A stretch of DNA of 64,000 nucleotides from Eledone cirrhosa (lineage: Eukaryota), in assembly GCA_964016885.1 (NCBI GenBank), contig OZ024741.1, positions 296,050,001 through 296,114,000 of the forward strand, written 5' to 3'. Under the pieces are notes generated by a model. That model did not search any database and was not told the DNA's origin. It saw nothing but the letters and a program-made list of their open reading frames with translations. Every line of letters begins with the position of its first letter. The first letter of the stretch is position 1. Positions 42,774-56,000 of this stretch are shown piece after piece. Both the position numbers and the translations under genes were made by a program.

Positions 42774-43011
42774 GTGTGTGTGTTGTTATATGAGGGGTCT
42801 ATCAAGTTGTAAAACTGGCCATGGTTATGAGCAGACATTGATACCCTCATGCCTCAAACCCCCACCACCACTCCTTCGGTCGAGTGAAATTTCCAGGATG
42901 TGACAGCTGAGAAGAAAGAAGGTTGCACCAGCACTGGGCCCGTAATATATTTATCGACTCCGAAAGGACGAAAAATAAATCGACCTCTAGAGGATTTGAG
43001 ATAAGAGAGCT

Positions 43012-43184
43012 AAAAACGGTGACACATAATGCGATGGGCCAACACCCCCATGAAATCACTGCCAAGCCGGAACAAAAACGGTGACACATAATGCGACGGT
43101 CCAACACCTTATCAAATCACTGCCAAGCCGGAACAAAAACGGTGACACATAATGCGACGGCCCGACGCTCTTATGAAATCACTG
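43012..43184. repeat. About 61-bp minisatellite, 3 copies
   Basis: AAAAACGGTGACACATAATGCGA... recurs at about 43012, 43074 and 43135. Confidence 0.85.
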
Positions 43185-43624
43185 GTAATAATATCGTAAT
43201 AATAACCTGAGATAAACATACACAAACACAATACTGACACACTAACCCACTCAAAAATAGAGCCGAACTAAAACACAAACACATATACAGAGACACAACG
43301 ATCACGTATACACACACACAACATACACACTAGATACAGCAAAGGGTGCGGTGTGTCATCATGAGAATGAGAAAGGAGTTTTAAATTTGAAAGCGTCTAC
43401 AATAACAAGTTGCAGTGTGAGGAGTTGAGTGTCATCAACCATTTACAATATACATACATACATGCATACATACATACATACATACATACATGCATACATA
43501 CATACATACATACATACATACATACATACATACATACATACATACATACATACATACATACATACATACATTTGTGAAATTATAAAGCCAGAAGAACATA
43601 CATATGTATACATATGTATATAGA

Positions 43625-43658
<34 letters not shown>

Positions 43659-43794
43659 CAATGGCCCAGTATTGCATCATCTCTGAGTCATTTAATATAT
43701 ATACACCTGTGTATTGTGCATCAGCTTATAACTTGTATAGCAACTTAAACAATGTTTCTTAGTGTGTGTAAATAAATAAATATACAAACACACG

Positions 43795-43837
<43 letters not shown>

Positions 43838-44561
43838 ACACAGACAGAAGTTTTCTTTAAGTTACTTGATTACTTAAAAAGGGCGTGCTTGTAAAAAATT
43901 TTATATACATATATATAGAACAAATTATCTTATCAAACTACATAAAACAGGGCAATAGGACCCAACATAAAAATTAGACCCATTGTTTCTGGCATATTCG
44001 GTCCTTTTTATGAAATTTCCTGTCTTCTCACAAGACTTCTCAAACCTCTTCTTCACACTTTCCCCCCAAATAATAGCAGAGGTGGCAATAATGGGGGATA
44101 GGGGGCTTGGGAAAACAATAATTGTATAGTGTAGGTTCGTAAATAGGGGATTTCTTGTAATGTTCTTTTGTCATTTATAATGTTTTTTTTATGTAAAATA
44201 AAATTATTAGATTCTCCAGCTGCTGTATCAATATGAATCACTTACAATAATATTTCGCCGGAGATAAATTAGCAAAATTTAATAAGCGGGGATGGGGGGG
44301 GGGGTTAAACATTGGGGGATGGGGATCTACTGCAGCCAACATAGAATCACACATACATAAAATTAACTATAGAAGAATCTCTAATGAAAATAACCTACAA
44401 ACAAACACAATAACACCAAATACAAAACACAAACACATAACAACATCGCAACCACACACACGTCAAAATGCATCACAACAAAACATCAACAAACCCAAAT
44501 CTTAGCCCATACATAACAACATACAAAACCGCAACGAAGAACCTGCACACAGGAACGCCTC

Positions 44562-45012
44562 CAAATGTAACTGCCACTAACCGGATAGGTGCCCACTACA
44601 AAATAGATGTCTGGAATCAAATATAGTGTACCTGTGTACTATAAATTCGGGCAACTTAGCATGGCTCTACATAGGTTCTACGGTTGGGGAGTTCAAAAAA
44701 AGATGGTACGTCCACATACATTCTATGAAAAACTGTAGACTAGTGAACACAACAACGCTGGCCAATACAATCTGGCAGCTTAAGGATACAAACCAGGTAT
44801 ACAGGATTAGCTGGTCGAAATTATCGGGAAAAAGGGCCTACAGAAATGGAATGTCCCACTGCGGACTTTGCAATATGGAGTTGTTCCATATTTTAAAGTA
44901 TGATAAAATGCTGCTTAACAGCAAAATAGAACGGTCAATTTTCTGTAGGCACAAAGAAGCTACTAAATTCGCAAATTTCAAACCAACATTATTCGATTCA
45001 ACAATCCCATAA
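44562..45012 (+). mobile_element. Penelope-like GIY-YIG endonuclease fragment
   Basis: KCNCH*PDRCPLQNRCLESNIVYLCTI...LYIGSTVGEFKKRWYVHIHS...CGLCNMELFHI...LLNSK...CRH. Confidence 0.85.
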
Positions 45013-45067
45013 TTCAAGCTGAACCACTTAGAGTCTATTATAATAACCCACTATTATTAACTGTCAA

Positions 45068-45256
45068 GGTCGGTGGATTGGCAGTATTGGTAGAGGGTCG
45101 GATGCCATTCTTTGACGCATAGAGTTACGGCCTTTGCCATTCTGAGTTCAAATTCCGCCGAGGTTAACTTTGCCTTTCATCCTTACAGCGTCGATAAAAT
45201 AAAGTACCAGTAATGCACTGGGGTAATTGCTGGCCTTGTGCCAAAAGTAGAAACAA
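45068..45256 (+). mobile_element. OK-like tRNA-derived SINE, full length
   Basis: A box, B box, body and tail as in the other copies. Confidence 0.85.
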
Positions 45257-45613
45257 GTATTAACTGTCAATAGACCAACTAATCACTAAATCAACATCAT
45301 AATCTCCTAACCTCTCTTTCTTTCACTCTCTATCCCTAAAACTATTTCACCTCTTCCATTATATCCTATCATGTTCTCTTCACCTCTCACCTAACTTCTA
45401 ATTTATTAATTTATCTTTTATATATTATTTATCATTATATTCTTTCTTCCTACTATAACCCTCTGTGATTTAACCAATACATATGTATATATTTAATATT
45501 TTCATATTAATAGTATTTATACCCTCATCATATCTTTATACTTACACACCACTATAACTTTAACCACCACCACCACCACCACCACCACCACCACTATTTT
45601 CAACAATCATATT

Positions 45614-46124
45614 GTTTATTTTTATTTTTATTTTTATTTTTATTTTTATTTTTATTTTTATTTTTATTTTTATTTTTATTTTTATTTTTATTTTTATTTT
45701 TATTTTTATTTCTATTTCTATTTCTATTTTTATTTTTATTTTTATTTTTATTTTTATTTTTATTTTTATTTTTATTTTTATTTTTATTTTTATTTTTTTT
45801 TTTTATTTATTTATTTTTTTTTTTTTATTATTTATTTATTTTTTTTTTTTTTTAATTTTATTTTTTTTATTTTATTTTTTATTTTTTTTATTTTTTTTTT
45901 TTTTTTTTATCTTTATTTTTATTTTTATTTTTATTTTTATTTTTATTTTTATTTTTATTTTTATTATTTTTATTTTTATTTTTATTTTTATTTTTATTTT
46001 TATTTTTATTTTTATTTTTATTTTTATTTTTATTTTTATTTTTATTTTTATTTTTATTTTTATTTTTATTTTTATTTTTATTTTTATTTTTATTTTTATT
46101 TTTATTTTTATTTTTATTTTTATT
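45614..46124. repeat. (TTTTTA)n hexanucleotide repeat
   Basis: Direct reading. Confidence 0.9.
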
Positions 46125-46399
46125 TCTCTCTTTTTTTTCTTTTTCTTTCTCTCTTTTTTTCTTTTTTCTTTTTTCTTTATTATTGATGTTGTTATTTGAA
46201 TTTTCCTAGTATATTACAAACGCCGTGTGTAATTTTTGTCAGTTATTCCGTTGATTTGATTAGGCATACATGTATTTAAGATTGAGTGGCACAAACAATT
46301 GTTAATACTGTAAATAAAACCCTTTTTGTACTGTTGACCATGTTATTCTTCACTCTTTCACTATTATTACTCCAAGATTAACCTGCATAGGAATTCCCG

Positions 46400-46560
46400 G
46401 GAACACGTAGGAAGCGTGATCTTGGGCATCAAGATCGATAGGGGCAAGCATTTGCCTGGGAAACGTCAGAGGGGCACCGTACAGTACTTCGGCCGGTGAA
46501 AATCCAAAGTCGACAGAGGCAAGTATTTCATCTCGCAATTCGCAAACTCAGGGGTCACCA
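46400..46560 (-). mobile_element. Gypsy remnant: short integrase C-terminal fragment preceded by a PBS-like TGGTGACCCC
   Basis: VDFGFSPAEVLYGAPLTFPRQMLAPIDLDAQDHASYV is homologous to the copy at 16730-16850. GGGGTCACCA lies at 46551-46560. Confidence 0.6.
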
Positions 46561-47112
46561 CTTTAGCAGGGTAGATGAATGAAGGTCGTTAGATGACAGT
46601 GTGGTAAATGATAGTATCCTCGTTGGATTGTCTTGTTGACATAGACGTGAGGGAAGGTCCCTCGATCTATTTACCATCTTTGTATTTACAATATTCCCTT
46701 CGTCAGGTCGCCAATTCCAGCAGCATGGATTATAGATGTTATTGAGACACGAGTAACATAATAATGATTTCAACAGCAGAAATTACAGATGAAATGTATG
46801 TTTATTTTTGATGTAGTACAAACAATGTTTGTTAACTTATATGGTTGAAGTTACATATAAAAAGAGGTTACAAAAGGGAATGTGCCATTGCGCCGGAAAG
46901 CGGGCGAGGCTAGGGTGCAAAATCTCACCGTTACATTATGCGTGTTGCTGGTTCAAAGTTCCTGGTACAAGAGAGTGATTCTTCAAATCTTCGCGGGGAA
47001 TTTCTTCCTCAGGGCGCGTAGGGATACATCCTCTTCTACTGGCGCTGATTGGCTGAACTGAGCCAAATCACGCACAGAGAATGTATGTGAGCCCGCGTAA
47101 TGTAGGTCACTA

Positions 47113-47607
47113 CAAATACATGGCATCAATATAACAGTTAAAAAATTTAAATTACTGAAGAAAGAGGAAAGAAAGGAAAGCATAGAGGAAGAAACAGCTG
47201 ATGGGAAATATAGTTAGTAGGTGCCTCGAAAGACAAATGAGAGATGATTAAAGAGAGAGAGAGATACAAAGGGGAATAATTTATGTTCAAGTTTATAGAC
47301 AATTATCCATATATACAATATATATCTAAACTTATTTGGTTGACCGTTAATATTCAAAATATTTAATTTAAGTTAGTTCAGACAAATAAGTTTAGATATA
47401 TATTGTATATATGGATAATTGTCTATAAACTTGAACATAAATTATTCCCCTTTGTATCTCTCTCTCTTTAATCATCTCTCATTTATCTTTCGAGGCACCT
47501 ACTAACTATATTATCCCATCAGCTGTTTCTTCCTCTATGCTTTCGTTTCTTTCTTCTTTCTTCAGTAATTTAAATTTTTTAACTGTTATATTGATGCCAT
47601 GTATTTT
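47113..47607. repeat. Inverted repeat, about 225-bp arms, about 44-nt spacer
   Basis: 47113-47338 is the near-identical reverse complement of 47383-47607. Confidence 0.88.
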
Positions 47608-47765
47608 TTAAGCTATATTACACGCACCCTCTCTATTGTATGTATTATATATTTTTCTCATGTTCTCAATATTAAGGTATAAATATTGAGTTTTGTCATA
47701 TATTACTCACTACCATGACTGAATCTTAACCATCTACTATGTCAGGGTATGTCATGCATCATTTT

Positions 47766-47830
47766 ATTTTATCTGATGAGGACGTACTGTTGAACTTAAC
47801 TCAGTACCTCTGAAATATGTATAATAAAAT
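47766..47830 (+). ncRNA. Type-I hammerhead ribozyme
   Basis: ATTTTAT-CTGATGA-(GTACTG/CAGTAC stem II)-GAAATATGTATA-ATAAAAT. Stem I is a perfect 7 bp and the triplet is AUA. Confidence 0.7.
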
Positions 47831-47895
47831 ATACTTGATCACAAGAATATCTATTTTGTAAATATTTTGAATTAATATATATATATATATATATT

Positions 47896-48047
<152 letters not shown>

Positions 48048-48115
48048 CAAGGTTTAGCAAATAAGAAAAAGTTTCAAAATAAATTTTTTTAAATTAACTT
48101 TACTTACTATGGTTA

Positions 48116-48197
48116 CCTTTACCGAATCGGTTTCGAGTCTCAAAAATAAACGGAGTCCATACGGCATCCGTTGCAAAGATAAACTCTCGTCAGAAGG
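48116..48197 (-). ncRNA. Type-I hammerhead ribozyme with extended stem II
   Basis: Minus strand reads CCTT-CTGACGA-GAGTTT...ACGGATGCCGTATGGACTCCGT...AGACTC-GAAACCGATTCGGTA-AAGG. The triplet is GUA. Confidence 0.75.
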
Positions 48198-48714
48198 ATC
48201 TTTTCACTCGGAGAACATAAAATTCCCGAGTTCAAATTACGAACTGGCGCTATTCAAAATTGCTCCCGAGATGAGAGAAAATGAAGTGGAATCAATTCTT
48301 TCAAGTGCCGTGCGTAAAGATAGAGGCAGAGGCAGGGAGGTCAATCGGCTCACGCTATAACTAGCAGCAGTCAGAGCGACCAAATTTTTTTCTCAACCAA
48401 GAGGAGATAGTAATAATAGAGTATATGTTCCTACAAACACAAGGCGCTAAGGGACACATGTATTGTCCAACCATATGCCAATGTGGTTCATTGGCAGGTT
48501 AATAAATTAACATATATATATATAACTTCAATACTAACTTATTATTTCGCTATGAGCTGTTGTAACTCTCCTGCATCTCCACCCACAGCAATCAATCTTC
48601 AGCAACGGACATCCACGCCTATAACATCCTTGCCACCATCACGAGACACACAATTCACTATGTCACCTGATTCAGAGCTAACTCTATTCCTCGGAGTTGT
48701 TTATTCTGTAAATA

Positions 48715-48902
48715 ACTGTTCCTACGTTTGGCACAAGGCCAGCAATTATCCCAGTGTATTACTGGTACTTTATTTTATCGACCCCGTAAGGATGAAAGGC
48801 AAAGTTAACCTCGGCGGGATTTGAACTCAAATGGCAAGGTCCACAACTCTTTGCGTCAAAGCATGGCGTCCGACCCTCTACCAATACTGCCAATCCACCA
48901 CC
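48715..48902 (-). mobile_element. OK-like tRNA-derived SINE, full length
   Basis: Reverse complement of the family consensus. TTTATTCTGTAAATAACT on both sides may be a target-site duplication. Confidence 0.85.
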
Positions 48903-48942
48903 CTTTATTCTGTAAATAACTCTTGCTAATAAGATATGGTAT

Positions 48943-49250
48943 AGGTGATGAATTGGCAGAGTCGTTCGAACGTCGGATAGAATACTTTGCAGGATTTGTT
49001 CCGACACTCTGAACTCTGAGTTCAAATCCCGCTGAGGTCAACTTTGCCCTTCATCCATTTAAGGTCGATAAAAAGTACCAGTCTAGTACTGAGATCGATT
49101 CTTCCTCTATACCTCTTTCTCACTTCCTTTCTCTCACTCCCTGGCCTTCTCTAGAAGAAATATGCTAGATTCAGACCTAGAGAGGACTTGGGCTCCGGTA
49201 GGTTTAAAAAGTGCCCAAGAAATGCTATATGCTAATATGACGCCTATATG
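48943..49250 (+). mobile_element. tRNA-derived SINE, long subfamily
   Basis: A and B boxes plus a 3' extension shared with 50205-50530 and 2690-3007. Confidence 0.65.
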
Positions 49251-49435
49251 ATTCTCCAATGATTTACGGGTCCATACATACAGTTAGACATGGTATTCAT
49301 ACACTCAGACACACACACATGCCGACGGAGGCCCAACAAAAGCAACGCTTAAAGAGTGTCACGTACACTATTGTAAATATGTATGCCATGGTTTATTTAG
49401 AGTGTGGTAAACACTGTTGGTATATATACACATAT

Positions 49436-49480
<45 letters not shown>

Positions 49481-49501
49481 CATGCATGTATGTGTACACA
49501 T

Positions 49502-49582
<81 letters not shown>

Positions 49583-49728
49583 TATACATATGCTGGCATA
49601 GCGCATGGGCAAAGGTCATTGGCAGTACCACTGTTAATCTGGCTACCTTATCAGACGATTGAAAAACATGCCACTCACTAATGGTTAAATACGCCGACAC
49701 AGACATACATACATGCATATACACACAG

Positions 49729-49810
<82 letters not shown>

Positions 49811-50204
49811 GTCTATATACACGTCTCCAAATATCTACGCCCACTCATCTATAGGAATACAAACTGTCACACACCCACACACATTCACATATTCACACAC
49901 ACACAGATACATATCTCCATATCTATATATATGACCCACTTTAGACATATATACATACATACAAGGTAACATTGAAGCGGTTGGCTGAAAGGTGGCGCTA
50001 GTTGATGGCGTGGGTGGAAGATAAGAGATAAAGCTTGAGTACAGGGTTCAGCTGAGAGCCTCTACCCTGTTATCAATAACGGGGTACATTGAGGTTTTTT
50101 TGTTTTATTTGATAACCTCATGACTCCAAGATAATAACTACAACTACAACTACTAGCTGTTGCTGCTATAACAACTGCAACAATTATAACGATTAAAACT
50201 AAAT

Positions 50205-50530
50205 TCGCGGCGAATAGGTAGAGTCGTGAAAAGGTCGGATAGAATGCTTTGCGATACTCGTTTCGGCTTTCTAACTCTTTGAGATCAAATCCTGCCGAGG
50301 CCAACTTTGCCTTTCATTCATTCGAGGTCGATATAAAAAACATACCACTCAAGTACTGGGGTCGATTCTGCTTCTATATTTCTTTCTCACTTCCATTTTC
50401 TTACTCTCTCTGTCCTTCTCTGGAAAAAAATCTGATCTGCTGTATTGAACCTGGAGAGGGGATGGGCTTCGCCAGGTTTTAAAATATGCCCCAGAAACGC
50501 CGTGTGCCAATATGGCGTCCCTACGACTTC
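50205..50530 (+). mobile_element. tRNA-derived SINE, long subfamily
   Basis: Same structure as 48943-49250. Confidence 0.65.
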
Positions 50531-50612
50531 TTCGGGAGTTATGGGTCCAAATAAAAATAACTACTACAACAATAACTACAACAGCAATTACAACAACAAC
50601 AACAACTACTAG

Positions 50613-50663
<51 letters not shown>

Positions 50664-51224
50664 AATCACAATATAAATTGCTAGTACCACTACTAATTTA
50701 GGGGTCAGAAAGTCATTTTGTTCAGCCTTGCAATATTTAAGTGGGTGGTCTTGTATACTGTGTAGTGTTAATACATGAACACATTGGGAAGTTGGCAGGG
50801 ACCCCTACTGGGTGTTGGGGCCCAATACTGATTTATGTATACTGTAGTTGTATATGTACAGGTCTAGAGGCCCAGTGCTAAACTACATATGCATTACTTT
50901 GCCCCAGGGGGCTCAATGCTAATCTATTTAGATTGTGAAATTTAGGGTCCCCGTGCATTGCTGTATTAGGTTGAGGTTACAGTGGTGTTATAAAAAAAAT
51001 TCTGTAGAGATGTTATAACCAGGATATCAAAGTTTCATAATCATCATCAAAACCACAGGCAAAAAATTATTGGAAATTTGAGTGGTTAAGGAGGTTATTC
51101 TTATACGGAATATTGGTAATTTGCAGATTTAGCAAGATAGTCTTATTAAAAAGACAACAGACAAGTATTGTTCAAAGCCCATTATCATCATTGCGATCAC
51201 AGTCGAACATAAAAAAGAACTATA

Positions 51225-51298
51225 AGCTCCCACTGAGGACCGAACTCGCGATCACAAAGTTTAGAAGACCAGTACTCCAACCAGTGAACTATGAGGGC
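51225..51298 (-). pseudogene. tRNA-Thr(UGU)-like pseudogene
   Basis: Minus strand reads GCCCTCATAGTTCACTGGTTGGAGTACTGGTCTTCTAAACTTTGTGATCGCGAGTTCGGTCCTCAGTGGGAGCT, colinear with metazoan tRNA-Thr(TGT). The anticodon stem is broken, the anticodon position reads TCT, and a T6 tract lies about 8 nt downstream. Confidence 0.65.
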
Positions 51299-51463
51299 TA
51301 ATTTTAAAGCAACCCTAAAAATCTACAAATGTCAATTTATTCATCTGTTATTTATTGTTATCAACTATTACTATAGTAATCTGCACTGTGGCGACTATAT
51401 TTTACAATAACCAATTTCCAAATGCTTCCTAAGTCAACCAATCTTATCTACATGTGTGTGTGA

Positions 51464-51571
<108 letters not shown>

Positions 51572-51736
51572 AAATAGATATAGATAGATATAGATATATA
51601 GATATGAATATCTGTGATATTCATATCTATATATCTCCACTATTACACTACAATACCCACACACAAAAATAAGGATGATGCTTATATATACGCCAATCAT
51701 CTTATAAACTACAACAATAATATTTTTGTTTGTTAC

Positions 51737-51833
51737 ATCGCCAGTCTGAAGAGTAGATAGATAGTGGAGTCGAATCCATAACTCCTATGGGTGAATTTGA
51801 GCCAATCCTCTGCGAAACGCGCGTAAGGTCGAT
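51737..51833 (+). ncRNA. Type-I hammerhead ribozyme motif with long stem II
   Basis: CTGAAGA-GTAGA...TCTGC-GAAACGCGCGTA. Stem III is the palindrome ACGCGCGT, the triplet is GUA, and stem I is imperfect. Confidence 0.6.
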
Positions 51834-51955
51834 ATATAATAAATATCATATACATATAAACGAAACTTCTTCGTTTTTTCTTCTAATATGTACACTCTGC
51901 TTGTACATAGAGTGCTTGCTTTGGTACCAACACCAGTAATTCACTGAATCACCTA

Positions 51956-51997
<42 letters not shown>

Positions 51998-52039
51998 AAA
52001 TAATTCGCTCTACATGGCTAAATAAAATAAAATAAATGT

Positions 52040-52337
52040 AATCTGAGTTTTTTGAATATTAATAATAACATTCGATTCGTTTGCAATTATGCAAACAAGC
52101 CTCATTTTTAAAGACATGTCAGTAGAATGAACACTTCATTCTTGCTCTTGTGTTGGCATGTAAACAGGTGAACAGTGAGTTGTGCTGATGAACGGTGTTA
52201 CCCCAAAACATTAGTGTCTGCAGTTCTGTTTACATGCCAACACAAGAGCAAGAATGAAGAGTTCATTCTATTGACAAGGCTTTAAAAATGAGGCTTCTTT
52301 GCATAATTATTATTAATATTCGAAAAGCTCAGATTAT
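52040..52337. repeat. Fold-back inverted repeat enclosing a mutated hammerhead (same family as 4511-4695)
   Basis: The arms are about 52040-52167 and 52226-52337. The loop has CTGATGA...CCCCAAAACATTAGTGTCTGCAGTTC, with the GAAA box changed to AAAA. Confidence 0.8.
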
Positions 52338-52414
52338 ATTTATTATATATGTCGATAAAATAAAGTACCAGTAATACACTGGGTAATTGCTGGCCTTGTG
52401 CTTAACGTAGAAAC

Positions 52415-52500
<86 letters not shown>

Positions 52501-52934
52501 GGAAAAAATGAAACGAAATTTAATTTCTCACTCTTAGTACGGCTGTTACTTAAATATAAGTATGTATACGTACATACATATATGTATACAGACGTACAGT
52601 AGTATGTATATATATATACATACATGCATACATATATATATGTACGTATGGATTCACCGAACATTTATTACAATGCTCGGTGTGTTTGTAAACAAACATC
52701 CCGAATTAAGCCGTACAGTGTCTAGCAACCATCGTTGCTCATTTGTTCAACATTGAACGGCTGCTCAGCCGTTAATATGCATAAGGAAAGTATATACTTT
52801 CAGACGTTCAATCATCTGGCAGGAAGGTATACGTGAGATAAGCTTGTAGTTGAGGAACTCCATCTTAATATACAGAGTGCACACAATTAGTTAGTGAGTA
52901 TGACGGTAGGGCTTTGGTACTATCTATTTATCTA

Positions 52935-53107
52935 TCTACAGCAGGTCCTGTCAGAAGCAACCGTCTCTAACTGATCCGGTTGGATCCCCAAGCGAGACCA
53001 GCCAAGCTGATGGATGTTATCCAACCATCTTGCTCGGAGTCTACCTCTGGGTTTCCATCCGGTTGGTTTTGCCCGTAAAATATGTCCAGCGTTTCTTTCA
53101 TGAGACA
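52935..53107 (-). mobile_element. RTE-like LINE C-terminal fragment
   Basis: MSHERNAGHILRAKPTGWKPRGRLRARWLDNIHQLGWSRLGI..., with the G.RPRGRPR.RW.D motif. Confidence 0.65.
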
Positions 53108-53108
53108 T

Positions 53109-53177
<69 letters not shown>

Positions 53178-54039
53178 GTGAGTAAAATCGAAGTTGCAGC
53201 TGCGATTAGTATTTTTCGAAATCAATCTTCTGAGGCTAGCACAGAGCACTCAATGAAGTGATATCGATAAATTATACATCAGAGTAATAACAATACGTTA
53301 GGGGTGTGACACAGAGATTATTGCGACCGGAGAGATTTTGGCATATAGCCATTACAACAACGAAAATACAAATAGTTCGATACACTTATATTAATTCTCC
53401 TTCGTAACGGATATATCTCTGATCGTAAATTGAATGTTTCTGTATTTCTTTTATATTCTATGTATATCATAGATATTTAATGTATTGTAATATTAATTCA
53501 GCATATCGTGCATTTCCGACTGTTATTTTCTCTATATTCGAAGAACTTTTCTGACGTTACTTTCAAACTGTTTGAAATTTAACCGCCTAATGATGTGATT
53601 GGTTCTATATCTTAGGCCTATGTCTACTTCCTCTTTTGGAGGCCACGTGATGACAGTGGCAGGCAAGAACTGCTACTAAATCACTAGTAGAACTTAGCGA
53701 TAGAACACAAAAGATCGCTCCCCGTTGATGTATCTCTCTGTTTATCCTGGTCGCATCCGTTCCTTCCAGATGATTCTGGGTTTAATGCGTGGCTTCTGTG
53801 TACTGGGTGCAACTAATGCATTACAGAGCACAAGATACGGAGAAGAAACCAACAATTTCATTTGGTCCGGGCTAAATTGTTTATTACCCGCACATAATCC
53901 CGAACTTGCCACAAAGAACTAAATGTGTGCGCTCTGAATCACGAACTGGCACTTCGGAAATGCAAGTCCTGTGAAAATTATCGAGCGAGTGGAAAGGTTC
54001 AACGTACTATCACAAACTCAGTTTGTCTAGTTCGATACA

Positions 54040-54094
<55 letters not shown>

Positions 54095-54355
54095 TAGACC
54101 ATCTGTTGGGTCACGTTCACCTACAAATATTTTATTTTAAATCGTGTTCACACTTAAAAATTATTTTTGAATAATTAAAATATACACAAACATGTATATA
54201 ATGTAAAATAAAATTGGAAGGCCCACATATATATATATATTGAAGAAGGGCTTATGCCCGAAACGTCGTTCCCCACCACCACCCCACTCTCAAGAGCGTG
54301 AAACTAATAAACCTTTGTTCGTACTGCCTCTCTGTTTTGTTCCCGTTCAATTTTT

Positions 54356-54415
<60 letters not shown>

Positions 54416-54420
54416 ATGTG

Positions 54421-54468
<48 letters not shown>

Positions 54469-54589
54469 TGTGTGTATGTATGTATCGACAGTTGATCGAC
54501 TTTCGTCAAATCGGACCCATTGGTCTTTCCAATTGCTAATACTATCATCTATCGGTCGCAACTCCAGGTAGAAGGTGTAACGTGAAATA

Positions 54590-54684
54590 AAGTGTCTTGC
54601 TCAAGGACATAACGCATCACCCGGTCCGGGAATCGAACCCACAACCTCACGATTGCGAATCCAATTCTCTAACCACTCAGCCAC
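54590..54684 (-). mobile_element. tRNA-derived SINE (second family, OR-like)
   Basis: Minus strand reads GTGGCTGAGTGGTTAGAG...GTGGGTTCGATTCCCGGACC...TGTCCTTGAGCAAGACACTTTATTTCAC. Related copies lie at about 56084-56190 (+) and 11820-11920 (-). Confidence 0.7.
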
Positions 54685-54697
54685 CTCTGTGTGTGTG

Positions 54698-54848
<151 letters not shown>

Positions 54849-54894
54849 TATGAAATACTGTTGGCTTCATGCTCACAATAATTTCTATATTTTC

Positions 54895-54943
<49 letters not shown>

Positions 54944-54949
54944 ATATTA

Positions 54950-55311
54950 ACAAATGGAAACTATATTTATAAAACCATATGTATTTCATTATACATATTT
55001 CAAGGGCTACCAAGGCAGATTATGGTGCGCTTTCATCAGATAAAATATAATATAGATTAGTTTTATAAATATATATTGACATACCCTGAAAAATGCAGCC
55101 TTCACGGTTGGAGTCTCCCGGATATATATATATATATATCCAGGAGACTCCAACCGTGAAGGCTGCATTTTTCAGGGTATGTCAATATATATTTATAAAA
55201 CTAATCTATATTATATTTTATCTGATGAAAGCGCACCATAATCTGCCTTGGTGGCCCTTGAAATATGTATAATGAAATACATATGGTTTTATAAATATAG
55301 TTTCCATTTGT
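54950..55311. repeat. Palindrome, about 175-bp arms around (TA)n, with a hammerhead in each arm
   Basis: 54950-55122 pairs with 55139-55311. The hammerheads lie at 54983-55046 (-) and 55215-55278 (+). Confidence 0.85.
55215..55278 (+). ncRNA. Type-I hammerhead ribozyme (first of a tandem pair)
   Basis: ATTTTAT-CTGATGA-AAGCGCACCA...TGGTGGCCCTT-GAAATATGTATA-ATGAAAT. Confidence 0.7.
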
Positions 55312-55395
55312 CTGACTATCCAGACAGCCTCCAAAAGTAATGGTTGTATTTTAAAAGGGTACGTCAAACCTATTTGTAAAACTGTTATATATTGT

Positions 55396-55458
55396 ATTTT
55401 GTCTGATGAAGGCATACCATAATTTATTGTGGTATCCCTGAAATATGTATAATGAAAT
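55396..55458 (+). ncRNA. Type-I hammerhead ribozyme (second of the tandem pair, 181 nt downstream)
   Basis: ATTTTGT-CTGATGA-AGGCATACCATAAT/ATTGTGGTATCCCT-GAAATATGTATA-ATGAAAT. Stem II differs in sequence from the first copy but still pairs. Confidence 0.72.
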
Positions 55459-55498
55459 AAATATGGTTTTATAAATATAGTTTCCATTTATTAATATC

Positions 55499-55566
<68 letters not shown>

Positions 55567-55811
55567 GGGGGGGGTGTCTGTGACATATATACATTGGCCA
55601 TAGACACACACACATATATACACACAAACTTAGAAAACAGGAAATATTCGCTACACACATCCTGTCCTAACACAGGTTATATGATACATATAACTTAATA
55701 TTCAGTCACCAAATTTTAGCTAGATAAAGTAATGATGTAATCGATTCTTCGAAGTCACCTGTTATAACTTCATTCAACAAAACAACCAGCTCTCTCACTC
55801 TCTTCCGTTTT

Positions 55812-55851
<40 letters not shown>

Positions 55852-55859
55852 AAAGTACA

Positions 55860-56000
55860 GGCTTATTTGTTAACTTTCTGCCTGACAAAGCTGCTTCTTT
55901 CGAGCTCCATGTATGGGATGTGTAGTAACCTTCTGAAGAATTTGTGTTCAAATAAATGGATTCTTTGTTTCGTGTAAGCTGGTACTTTAACATAATTAAG
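55860..56000 (-). mobile_element. Old RTE-like LINE fragment
   Basis: KQRIHLFEHKFFRRLLHIPYMELERSSFVRQKV resembles the post-RT FE.KC.RRLL.I.Y motif. Confidence 0.45.

Noticed and set aside
43012-43184. Three regularly spaced repeats resembling a CRISPR array
   Set aside because: The intervening segments are themselves near-identical (a minisatellite), the context is eukaryotic, and there are no cas genes.
45612-46199. 195-aa Phe/Ile membrane-like ORF
   Set aside because: It is a translation of (TTTTTA)n.
48483-48824. Ser/Pro/Thr-rich ORF as a possible host exon
   Set aside because: It runs into an antisense SINE and has no recognisable domain or supported splice structure.
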